Shown here: positions 23,601 to 34,512 of the stretch, piece by piece
How the letters are laid out: each line of letters begins with the position of its first letter
Numbering within the stretch: position 1 is the first letter of the stretch
Origin: Takakia lepidozioides
Lineage: Eukaryota > Plantae > Bryophyta
Length of the DNA: 64,000 nt
NCBI GenBank assembly: GCA_030704615.1
Contig: CM060732.1
Coordinates: 65,162,001-65,226,000 of the forward strand
Direction: 5' to 3'
The notes under the pieces: model-generated
What the model was told of the DNA's origin: nothing
What the model saw: the letters and a program-made list of their open reading frames with translations, nothing else
The model's database searches: none
Position numbers and translations under genes: made by a program

Positions 23601-26600
23601 TAGCTCAAGGATGTACTCTCCCCTCTGCTCTTCAATGTTTTCATCAATCAACTCCTCGAGGATGTGGAAAGTGAGGGATTTGGGTTAAGGGTGGGTGATA
23701 CCACCATACCAGCCCTTATGTTTGCGGATGACTTCGCAGGCATAGGGGAGACTCCAACCAATCTCCAGGAATTGATTGATTGCGCGAAGAGATACTTTGA
23801 TCTTTGGGGGCTAGAGGCTAATGTCAGCAAATGTGCAGTGGTAGCATTCAACGACAGAGGAGAGGGAGGAAGTGATCTTAAGTGGCAGTGGGGTAGTCAA
23901 GAGATCCCGGTCCTCCCTTCCTACACTTACCTGGGCGTTGAGTTCTCCTCCAATTGTAATTGGGATGCACATATCCGGAAAGTTGTTCAAACTGACAAGG
24001 GCAAAGCTCTGGGGCTCACTAAATTTTTCCACTGCAGAGGGGTCAACTCTGAGGTTAAGAAAACCATGCTTTGTCGCGTTATTAGACCTGCCTTGGAGTA
24101 CGGATCTGCTATATGGGTTGATAACTCCAACCAGGCTAAGTCTCTAGAATCCATTCAAGTGGGGGTGCTTAAGGAGTGTATGTCAGCATGCTCCAAAACA
24201 GCCAATGTGGCAGTTCGGGGTGAGTTTGGCATTCCGTCCTTAAGCTCCCGACGAGATGAATTCAAGGTCAGATGGTGGGGTCAGCTGCAACATATGCCCA
24301 ACACCAGATATCCTAAGTTAATCGACTCTATATCTTGGAAACAGGACCGCCCTGTCAAACAGGCTAAGTCCTGGCAGAAGAGAGTAGAAGAGATCCTCAA
24401 GGACCTGGACCTGGATCCGCAAGTCTTGACCCTGCTGGATAAATCTGACTTAGAGGCTGTAGTGTCCTCAGCCATGTCTGTTGCCATGAGATTGTCTGAT
24501 GAAAATGAAGTTAGGCAGAAAACTTCCTGAACTTGTTTCCAGTCTGTGACATGGGGGAGGACATCTTGGATGACCTCAAGGGTCTACCCACTCTCGGCAC
24601 TAGACTGAAATTTAAACTCAGGGCAGGAAGCCTACCTTTGAACAGCAAACAGAAGCAGAGAGGAAAGGGAGAGTGCAATTGCCCGTTGTGTGGGCAATCT
24701 GAAGACAGTATTCATTTTCTGATACACTGTCCGGGGTTCTCTCACCAAAGAGACGCTCTCTTCAAATCTATTAAGGGTATTGTGCCTGTACCCCTGTTTA
24801 CCAACTTTGAAAGTCTCGAGGCTGAGCCAAAAGCCCAGGCCCTCCTGAGGCCTAGTTTTTGGGCAAATCACACACAGCAGATTGATGCTTGTGTGAAGGG
24901 ATTTCTAGAGGATATCTGGAAAACCCGGATTAATTCTATATATGGAGGTAAGTCTTACTATCAACGTCAGCCCCTGACAGAGGTAGGTTCTGTCCCTTTT
25001 GTTCCCGCTCAAACTGGGCGCGGGGTCAATGGCCACAAGGCTACGGCAAACAACGTCTTATGAGTACAATCTCTTCTGCCAGGACTTAGCCTGTTTGACA
25101 GGGCGGTCCTGTTTCCAAGATATAGAGTCGATTAACTTAGGATATCTGGTGTTGGGCATATGTTACAGCTGACCCCACCATCTGACCTTGAATTCATCTC
25201 GTCAGGAGCTTAAGGATGGAATGCCAAACTCACCCCGAACAGCCACATTGGCTGTTTTGGAGCAAGCTGGCATACACTCCTTAAGCACCCCCACTTGAAT
25301 GGATTCTGGAGACTTAGCCTGGTTGGAGTTATCAACCCATATAGCAGATCCGTACTCCAAGGCAGGTCTAATAACGCGACAAAGCATGGTTTTCTTGACC
25401 TCAGAGTTGACCCCTCTGCAGTGGAAAAATTTAGTGAGCCCCAGAGCTTTGCCCTTGCCAGTTTGAACAACTTTCCGGATATGTGCATCCCAATTACAAT
25501 TGGAGGAAAACTCAATGCCCAGGTAAGTGTGGGAAGGGAGGACCGGGATCTCTTAGCTACCCCACTGCCACTTAAGATCACTTCCTCCCTCTCCTTTGTC
25601 GTTGAATGCTACCACTGCACATTTGCTGACATTAGCCTCTAGCCCCCAAAGATCAAAGTATCTCTTCGCGCAATCATTTCTTGTCATTACCACCATGGTG
25701 GTTTGAGTTTATTTCACTGTATAACTTATCCCAGTATAATTTCTTCTGAGACCTAACAAGCTGATTGATATCTTTACGGAGCTGGTAGTACCTCGCCCAC
25801 AATTCTCTGTTGGTTTCCAAATTGCAGCACTCTTTATAGAGGGCTCGTCTCTCAGCTATCTTGAGTTTGATCTCATTGGTCCACCAATTAACAGCTCTAC
25901 CGCAGACAATTAGTTTCCTCCCAATGATCTTGTCAGCCACGGAGGAAACAAAACTCTCCCAAGAGTCCACTGTTCTTTCGACTTCATTTCTTGCGTTGTC
26001 AGAGCGAGACTGAAGTTCTTGGAGTGATTGGACAAAGTGAGGGAGAGCCTCTTGCAAGGCCTGGACGTACTCAGCCTTGACCTCCTCATTATGGAATTTT
26101 TCTATGAGCCACTTCCAAATCGAACGTTTCACAGATCTCAGTCCAGCTTTACATCTTCGAAGGCTTTGTCTGCGTCAGCACTAAGGGTCCCCTCTGTGGG
26201 CATGTAAACACAACCCACAAAGAGGTCCTTCGTACTCATGCCGCCCTTCAGATTCAGTTTTAGCCAGATACTATGCTCGTACCTCAAACCCTTGCTGATA
26301 ATTTCACAATTATCAAACAAGAAATCACGGACAAAGAATCCAACCCCTTTTTGACCGCGTTTGGCAGAGGCTGCCTTGAGAGTACACATCCTACCTGCCC
26401 ATTTATAACCATTGACATCTCCAACCAGTTTATCCGACGTTTCCCATGTTTCTTGCCCAGCACAGATATGAATATCATTAGTCCGAAGGACTTGTCCCAC
26501 TTCGAGTTGTTTCCTTTGGTTAGTAAGCCCTGAGAAGTTGAAAGTGGCCAGCCGCAAGCCAGCCCTTTGCATGTGAATTGTTTGTCGTCTAGGTAGCTTG

Positions 26601-27826
26601 TGATTGCTCCTGGACGGCCAACCGTTCTGCAAAGGGGGGACAGTTACCCCATGTGTAGATTTTGCTCGTCTTGTGTAAACTTTGAGAATTGGTAAACCAT
26701 TCAGGGTACCAAATCCTTCAGTTACACGACGCACAGGCTCCGCACACTTAGGGGTATATTGTCCGTCAGACTGCTTGGGGACAATTACCCCGTGTGTAGA
26801 TTTTGCTCGTCTTGTGTAGACTTTGAGGATTGGTAAACCATTTAGAGTACCAAATCCTTCAGTTACACGCCGTTCAGGCTCTGCACACTTAGGGACAGAT
26901 TGTCCATCTGACGGCTTGGGGACAATTACCCCGTGTATAGAATTTGTTCATCTTGTGTAAACCTTGAGGATTGGTAAACCATTCAGAGTACCAAATCCTT
27001 CAGATTCAGGACGTTCAGGTTCTGTACACTTAGGGGCATCTTGTCCTTCTGGCTGTTTGGATTCAACCTCATTCAGAGCATCAAACCGATTAGAAACTCT
27101 CAAGTTGAAGTCCTTGCCCTTGGTTGTCTTCCTAGAGCGCCCCATTGAATCACCAATGTCTAAGACCGCTCTCCAGCCAGTCAAGGGACGAACTTCTTTG
27201 AGATTGAATTGATGTGGGACTCTATTAGAAGCACTTTTGGTCATTGCAACCTTCAACGTACCCCTGTTATCAAGTCTCGAGATGGAACCATTAGCCATGA
27301 AATCCAAGCCTAAGCTAGAGCATGTAGTTTTAAAGGACACATCGTCCATCCTGGGATTCACCCCAAAAACTACACATGAAGCCCTAGATTTGGCATAAGT
27401 AACCAATTCCCAGGAATCACCCTGGGGAGTGTTGATGTTGATAGGAGCTAAAATTTTGATTGATCTCGCAGGCTATAAGTTTAAGCACAGGAACCAACCC
27501 GAGCCCAAGTGCCGAGTATGCTATACAGAGCATACGACTGCCCAATTTGGGCGGAGGGGCTGCCCCCAAGCGGTAGGGGTCCGCTTGTTACCATTCAGAG
27601 ATCACACTCCAGGGAGTTGCAGGGAATGGCCCGTGTAGGCATATTCTAAAGAGGGAAAGGCCCCAAGCTTTCCAACTAAATCCAATGCACTACCTTACCT
27701 GGAGCAAAGCGCTTCAGGTCGAAACAAACAAGGACACGAGGTCACAAGGCCGGCATTTAGTCACAGAGACATTAATGTACTCCCGTATCAAGTCCACCCA
27801 ATGGCAATAGGCTTCCTAGAGGACAG

Positions 27827-27903
<77 letters not shown>

Positions 27904-28286
27904 CTCATAAGACGTTGTTTGCCGTAGCCTTGTGGCCATTGACCCCGCGCCCAGTTTGAGCGGGAACAAAAGGGACAGAACCTACCTCTGTCAGGGGCTG
28001 ACGTTGGTAGTAAGACTTACCTTCATATATAGAATTAATCCGGGTTTTCCAGATATCCTCTAGAAATCCCTTCACACAAGCATCAATCTGCTGTGTGTGA
28101 TTTGCCCAAAAACTAGGCCTCAGGAGGGCCTGGGCTTTTGGCTCAGCCTCGAGACTTTCAAAGTTGGTAAACAGGGGTACAGGCACAATTCCCTTGATAG
28201 ATTTGAAGAGAGGGTCTCTTTGGTGAGAGAACCCCGGACAGTGTATCAGAAAATGAATACTGTCTTCAGATTGCCCACACAACGGG

Positions 28287-28327
<41 letters not shown>

Positions 28328-29854
28328 TAAGGGACTGTGAGAAAAAGTTGGGGGAGGGTGGGTGGGCTATAAAGGGCTGGGTTCAGAGACCTGGAATAGG
28401 AGCTAACTGCAAGTGGATCAAGCTGTGGATTATCTTTGCTCTTTCTCACTGCTCTTGTCTTGAACTAAAATAGTCTAACAGGTTTGAGTTTTCTTGTTGT
28501 ATGAGCTAAGAATCCTCTTTCCCATTCATGGTCCAGAAATATGCTGCTGAATGAAGCAGGTCAGCTGAAAATTGCTGTCCTTGCATTTGAAGTATGCAAA
28601 CTACTTCCAGGGACATCCAACAGTGGAGTTGAGCTCTACCGCACTGGTGAAGTAGGCTCATGTAAGTTCTATCCTTCCAAGTGAATGGTCCACATTTAAT
28701 TTGGTTGTCCATGCTTGGTTTGCATGTGTTTTGGATGACTTGGTGAACTCATTTATAGAGTTTGTTCTCTCCAGTCATATCTCACAGCAGTAGTTGGACA
28801 TCAGTGGACGAAGGCTCATCAACTGTAGCTCTGAGTGACAGGCAAGAGTCAAACAACTGAGCCAGTGGATAATGCATGAAATAGAAGACTTGTATATACC
28901 ATTGCAGGCAACCATTTACTCCCATCATACAAGGCAGGGACTGTAGCTACTGGCTTAAAGTGCTCACCTAGGAACCAGGATCAGAAGGGGAACTGGGTGG
29001 ATCTTGTTAGATCTGTGCAGGTGGCAAACCTCCTTTCGGCTTAAAGAGGATGTTGTTCATGTCACTCAGAATACATTTTGTATGAAATTTATGAGGATGA
29101 GATGGATGAAAAAACAGACGAGTACATGGCCCCAGAGGTATATCGGAAAGAGGCATTTGATAAAAGCGTGGATGTGTTCTCCTTCGGGCTTATTGTGTAT
29201 GAGGTTTGTCCCCGTGCCAATCTGAAGAACTTGCATCTCTGTGCATAGTCATGTCATCACGTAAATGATTTTTCAAAGAAATGTGATGCTGTGAGTGCTT
29301 AGAGAGAGGAAAGAAGAAGTGGATGTATTTCTCTCATTTCACTGAAAACGGAAGGGTGCAACTTTTGTTGTTCACCACCCATAAACCAGAGCTAAGGGCT
29401 TAAAACCAAACTTCTGACCTTGATTATGAAAATCAAATAATCAAACAGCAAACCACCATTTTCTTCACCGACGAGAGATGTGGGATTGTAACTAAAATAA
29501 AATATTGGGAATGTGTTAATTGCAAGATGCTTTTTCCATTGATGTGTGGTCTCTCCCCTGGTGGGTTGAAACAACAAAATAGTCTCTTCTCCACCAACAT
29601 GTTGAGCTGTCTGTTTGCGCTCCCAAAGCAGAATCCAACTTGTGCAGAGATTCATCCCAATTCTTGGAATGCCAAAATGTAATACTGCAGTTTCTTCAAG
29701 CCAGCAATTTTGTATTGCAGATGTTTGAGGGTTTTGAGAACTATGAAGGTCTGACACCACAGACAATCGCCAAGAAGAGGGCATACGAGGATATGCGGCC
29801 ACCCTTCACAATCAAGGCCTACCCTACTGGCATGGATCAGTGAGTACCAATTAG

Positions 29855-29888
<34 letters not shown>

Positions 29889-32800
29889 GGGGTCAATGGC
29901 CACAAGGCTACGGCAAACAACGTCTTATGAGTACAATCTCTCTCTCTCTCTCTTCCTGGTGGGAATAGAATCTAGAACCATTGCAGTCATCTTTTCTTCT
30001 TCTATTGCCCTCTATACTATGAGATCCATGGGAGATTCCACTGTCTATTCTGCGGAAACCAATCTCTCACTGAAGTCTTCCACTATGAGGAGGGTTTTTT
30101 GTTTCCTCTCTCATGTTTTCTTCCATTTTGTCCCATAAGCTGTATGTCCGCGGACGTTATAAAGCACCATTTCGTTTCATTTCATTTTATTTCTAAGCAA
30201 TGCTCACATCCTAGGTGCAGAGTTCGCATGTGTGTCACTTCAAACCGAGGCCCTCTTCCGGCATACAATCTTCTTCATAGGTTACAAGCCCTTCCACCCA
30301 AGGGACTCGTGGCAAGAGCCCTCGCAACATCTATTAGGCTCAAACTGCAGGTTTCAAGCACTCCTGCTATGCTCGCGTGGACAGTTTTTTTTAGCGCAAT
30401 GGACTCTCTATTGCTTCACTATTGCCAGAGAATCCAGAAGGGTTGGAAATCACATCCAAACAGGATCGCGACAGACTCATTAGAAGGGAGCTTATGGAAC
30501 TACATGTCAGGAGAACTTGGAAGCTACCAAATCTCACAACAAAGCTCCATTTATATCGAGAGACATTCTTGGTTCTCAGAGATGATAGAATCTTGCGGCC
30601 CAATTACCTTTCGCCACCTTTATCTCCTTCCTGAGTGCAATAAACCATCACAGCTAGTAATCTGGCTATGGATCACAAGTCCCCTTGGATCTCCTACTCA
30701 CTGAATTGAGGAATATCACTGCACTCAGGGCATTGGGGCGGTTTCAGGGTGGGCTCCCACACTCTACGGATAGAGACTGGCAGATGGGAAAACCTGGAAC
30801 GGGAGGACCGCCTATGTCCAGTTTGCACAGGGCGCAATCGGGAAATTGAAACTGAAGAACACTTCTTCTTCTATTGCCCTCTATACTACAAGATTCGTGG
30901 GAGATTCCACTGTCTAATCTGCGGAACTCAAACTCTCACTGAAGTGTTCCACTATGAGGATCGCAAAAGCTTGGCAGCTTACCTGCACGAGGCCTTCACC
31001 TTTAGACAATCCCTCGAGCAATAGTTTTAATTTTGGCTCTGGTTCTGTTTCCTCTCTCATGATTCCATTCAAGTGGGGGGTGCTTAAGGAGTGCATGTCA
31101 GCATGCTTCAAAACAGCCAATGTGGCTGTGCGGGGTGAATTTGGCATCCCTCCCTTAAGCTCCCGATGAGATGAATTCAACGTCAGATGGTGGGGCCAGT
31201 TGCAACATACGACTAATATCAGATATCCTAAGTTAATTGACTCTATATCTTGGAAGCAGGATTGCCCCATCAAATAGGCTAAGTCCTTGCGGAAGAGAGT
31301 AGAAGAGATTCTCAAGGATCTTAACCTAAGTCTGCAAGCCTTGACCCTGCTCGATAAATCTGACTTAGAGGCTGCAGTGTCCAAAGCCATGTCTGTTGCC
31401 AGGAAATTGTCTGATGAAAATGAAGTTAGGCAGGAAACTTCCCTGAACTTGTTTCCAGTCTGTGACGTGGGAGAGGCCATCGTGGATGACGTCAAGGTTT
31501 TACCCACCCTCGGCACTAGACTGAAATTTAAACTCAGGGCGGAAGCCTACCTTTGAACAGCAAACAGAAGCAGAGAGGAAAGGGGGATTGCGAATGCCCG
31601 TTGGATGGGCAACCTGAAGACAATATTCACTTTCTGATTCATTGTCCTGGGTACTCTCACCAGAGAGACGTCCTCTTCAAATCCATCAAGGAAATTTGCC
31701 TGTACCTCTGTTTGCTAACTTTGAAAGTCTCGAGGCTGAGCCAAAAGCCCAGGCCCTTTTGGGGCCTAGTTATTGGGCAAACCACACGTAGCAGATTGAT
31801 GCTTGTGTAAAGAGATTTCTGAGGATACCTGGAAGACTCGGATCAATTGTCTGTTCCAAGGTAAGTCATACTACCGGTGTCAGCCCCTGACAAAGGTAGC
31901 TTCTTTCCCTTTGTGTTCCGCTCAAACTGAGCACGGGGTCAATGGCCACAAGGCTACGGCAAACAACATCTTGTGAGTACTTGGCAGCTTACCTGCACGA
32001 GGCCTTCACCCTTAGACAATCACTCAAGCAATAGTTTTATTTTTGGCGCTGGTTTTGTTTCCTCCCTCATGTTTTCTTCCATTCTGTCCCATAAGCTCTA
32101 TGGGCTTTCCGCGGACGTTATAAAGCACCATTTCATTTCATTCATTTCTCTCTTTGAACAATAAACAGATGCAGAGAGGGAAAGGAGATTGTAGTGTGGC
32201 AGCCTGAAGACAATATCCATTTTTTGATACTTTGTCCAGGACATTCTCACCAGAGAGTGACTCTCTTCAGGAACATCAAGAATATTGTCCCTGCACCTCT
32301 GTTTGCCGACTTGGAAAATCTTGAGACTAAGCCTAAAGCCATGGCCCTGGTGGGATTTAATTGCTGGGCAGATCACACGCTTGTGTGAAGGGCTTTCTGG
32401 AAACTCCGAACGAATTGTCCCAAGCTATGTCCCTCTACCTGAGTGAGCCTCTCACAAAGGTAGTGTTTTGTTCCGCCAAAACTGGGCGCAGAGTGGATGG
32501 CCACAAGGCTATGGCAAACAACGTCTTATAAGTACATTCTACCTCTCTCTTTGTCCCACCCAAAGTTCCGCTCAACCTGGGCGCGGGGTCAATGGCCACA
32601 AGGCTACGGCAAACAACGTCTTATGAGTACATTCTTTGTCCCACCAAAATGGGTACATTCTCTGCCTGTCTTCTGACAACATCCAATTTAGCAAACAACA
32701 GTGTAGATTCTCATTCTTGAGCTTATGAGGCTTTTTCCACAACCACCTAGCATCGTGCATGAACACTAGTCTGTGATGGGTTGGCTTAGCAAGGAGATGC

Positions 32801-33211
32801 TTGGACAAGCTTCAAGTTTGAAAGTCTGTAAACCCAACTTTACATGGTGTCAATTATTGTGATCAAATTGCATTGTTCTTTGTAAACCTAGTGATCGTCA
32901 ATGTTGAAAAAATTGCAATCGAGCTACAATCTACAATAGTGAGTTGCAACAAGAGCTGACTTAAATAAGAGGGACAGACTGTGGGGGAAGAGGGACATGG
33001 GGGGAGATGCTTAGTTCAGCTGTTCATTTCCATATTTGGTTCTGTGCCAAGCTAACTTTTGTATGATAACTTGTTGGATACACTCAGGTTGATACAGGAA
33101 TGTTGGGACAAGGACCCAGCAAAAAGGCCATCTTTTTCTGAGATAATCAGACGTCTGGAGGATGTGTTGCCCATATCTGAGGTTGGACGATGTCAATGCT
33201 CTATCCTGTAG
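11659..33211 (+). CDS. ILK: Ankyrin-repeat Raf-like / integrin-linked protein kinase (ILK family), probable pseudokinase
   Basis: Exons joined in frame: 11659-11916, 12306-12380, 12719-12823 (GC donor), 13570-13664, 14729-14849, 17286-17362, 17981-18040, 28537-28661, 29118-29203, 29721-29839, 33088-33211. Motifs: DYDGRTALHLAASEGH, DRWDDTPLADA, WRGTKVAAK, LRHPNIVQFLGAV, FALDIARGLNYLH, HRNLTPRN, YMAPE, DVFSFG, CWDKDPAKRPSF. Confidence 0.92.
14010..14600 (-). mobile_element. 3' end of RLE-type non-LTR retrotransposon (PD-(D/E)xK endonuclease-like domain) in kinase intron 4
   Basis: ORF 14066-14584 reads PDILLV..IDFTFCHD..KYAPLILALRQGGW..ITAGTRG. Same C-terminus (NKRKIESGQ) and 3' UTR as the 6930-8838 copy. 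Confidence 0.7.
14953..15370 (+). mobile_element. Old degenerate 3' fragment of the (CT)n-associated LINE family
   Basis: Diverged match to 24605-25066 (ctgaaatttaaactcaggg ... ggccacaaggatatggcaaacaa). Confidence 0.8.
15675..16692 (-). mobile_element. 5'-truncated LINE copy (post-RT region, C-terminal zinc finger, 3' end)
   Basis: Near-identical reverse complement of 24025-25070; ORF 15771-16826. Confidence 0.92.
17597..17725 (+). repeat. (TG)n(CT)n microsatellite with two tiny 3' ends of the (CATTT)n-tailed LINE
   Basis: AAGTACCATTTCATTTC at ~17639 and ~17700, also seen at ~14903, ~30160 and ~32120. Confidence 0.75.
18145..20480 (-). mobile_element. Tandem truncated and internally deleted LINE copies
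   Basis: ORFs 18269-18676, 18556-19629, 19645-20157 and 20108-20431 match parts of the + copy at 21201-25069. The RT core is removed at ~19514-19586. Confidence 0.9.
21201..25069 (+). mobile_element. Near full-length APE-RT-zinc-finger LINE (RTEX-like; clade is inference), frameshifted, N-terminal region deleted, 14-bp TSD
   Basis: APE motifs QETW, GDFNARVG, VDYI, SDH. RT motifs KAGGPDG, NYRGITLL, QAGFR, FLDVKKAYD, GVAQG, FADD, YLG. C-terminal CPLC..HFLIHC. TSD TCTCTTCTGCCAGG. Confidence 0.95.
26640..27060 (-). repeat. ~120-bp (40-codon) tandem repeats in the LINE N-terminal coding region
   Basis: The GFGTLNGLPILKVYTR unit occurs three times (~26680, ~26820, ~26960). Confidence 0.85.
27832..27898. 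repeat. (GA)n microsatellite between head-to-tail LINE copies
   Basis: Direct reading; a second (GA)n lies at 28289-28325. Confidence 0.95.
27899..28288 (-). mobile_element. 5'-truncated LINE 3' end flanked on both sides by (GA)n
   Basis: ORF 27905-28282 matches the LINE C-terminus. Confidence 0.92.
29886..29952 (+). mobile_element. ~50-bp extreme 3' end of the LINE embedded in (CT)n
   Basis: (CT)n-GCGGGGTCAATGGCCACAAGG...GAGTACAAT-(CT)n. Confidence 0.9.
29955..31060 (+). mobile_element. Fragments of a second LINE family (RTEX-like C-terminal zinc finger, (CATTT)n tail)
   Basis: ORF 30749-31024 reads GSHTLRIETGRW..RLCPVC..ETEEHFFFYCPLY. A degenerate duplicate at ~29980-30185 ends ATAAAGCACCATTTC; another 3' end is at 31981-32145. 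Confidence 0.75.
31062..32640 (+). mobile_element. Stack of older truncated copies of both LINE families in the last kinase intron
   Basis: Family 1 at 31062-31980, 32152-32540 and 32560-32635; family 2 3' end at 31981-32145. Confidence 0.85.
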
Positions 33212-34512
33212 AGACTAGAGACTTTTTTTGCGCGGTATTACGATGATCCATGTGAACAGGGGTGGGGTTTTAAGGTCGGCCCCACGTTTCAAAATGTAGG
33301 GTGTATTGTATGTTTGGCCTTTGGGGGTGAAGGGTCACTATTGTAAATGAATTACCTATTTTTAAGTTATTTTCTCTGTGACCTTCCAAGGTTGTGGTAT
33401 TATTATAGCTGTTCTTATTATGTAGGGCAGTTTTTTTGGATCACCCTTATTTATGCAGGCCCTTCGCCATGAAGGGCATCCCAATTAACACAACCCATTC
33501 AATGAAGGGTACTTGTCTTATTTGAAGGGTGAATCAACCCTTGATTCACAGGGAGGTTCTGACTTGTGACTCTGAGCACACCTGAATCTCAGAGTGCTAA
33601 GGGGAATAGAAAGACAATTGCTGGAAGGTGCAGAAAACACAAGTATTAACTCTTTCCCACATCTTCTAGATTTAGAGGCAGTTTCTCTGAAAAGCAGATC
33701 TCTACTTGGAGTTCCAAAGAACCTTAATTCTCCGTAATTCTCCTTCAGTATTTCTGCTGAGAATCAAACACTTTTATTTGGGGTTGTAGACACCAGACAC
33801 CAGGGGTGGAAATTTGATATCGTTCATGATGAATGGCGAATAACAGTGTGCCTTCCAAGGTATGTCACCCAGGACATGAAGATTGCTTCAAACTTCAACA
33901 TGTAGTGGCTCCTCCAAGGGGCCATACCCCTACAAAAAGATTGCTGTTCAATGTTCAACTACAACTATGTACAACTGTGTCTCGTGTTGACTAGGACAAC
34001 CATCCACAAACGACAATGTAGGTCACCTCCATATGATCAATAGGGTAGTTATGTGCATGCTAATCATTCTTCACCGCTTCACTGATAGAGCACAGCAAAC
34101 ACAATGCATTGTTTACGATTTAAAGTATCACATCCCAATGCCCTTTGTACATGTAATCACATGGGAAGTGGGTGGGTCTAAACAGACAAACAGAGTTCTG
34201 TAAAAGACAACCCGACAGATGAATAAAATGGTTTGCAAGTCAGACCCAGTTCTCAAGGTATGACACGATCGCTCTGCTCACTTGTGCATGCCGATGATGC
34301 ACATCAGATATAAGATTCTCCCACACACTAAGGGAGTCTGCAAACCTTGACCCAAGCACATGAAACACAAACCATCATATAAACTTTCCACCATTGTAAA
34401 ACCTTGTCTTGAAAAAACATGACAAAGCTCAACATTCTTGATCCCAATCAAAGTAGTTGAACGGGAGAGATCCACAAAACATCCAATGACAGGGCATGAT
34501 CTGTGTTAGGAC

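Larger units (their letters stand above)
20490..27831 (-). mobile_element. LINE copy with intact 5' and 3' ends and internal deletions, split by the nested + copy
   Basis: 3' end with (CT)n tail at ~20490-20500. The body continues across the TSD at 21187-21200/25070-25083. N-terminal ORF and APE start at 26138-27406; 5' UTR to 27831, abutting (GA)n. Confidence 0.88.
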
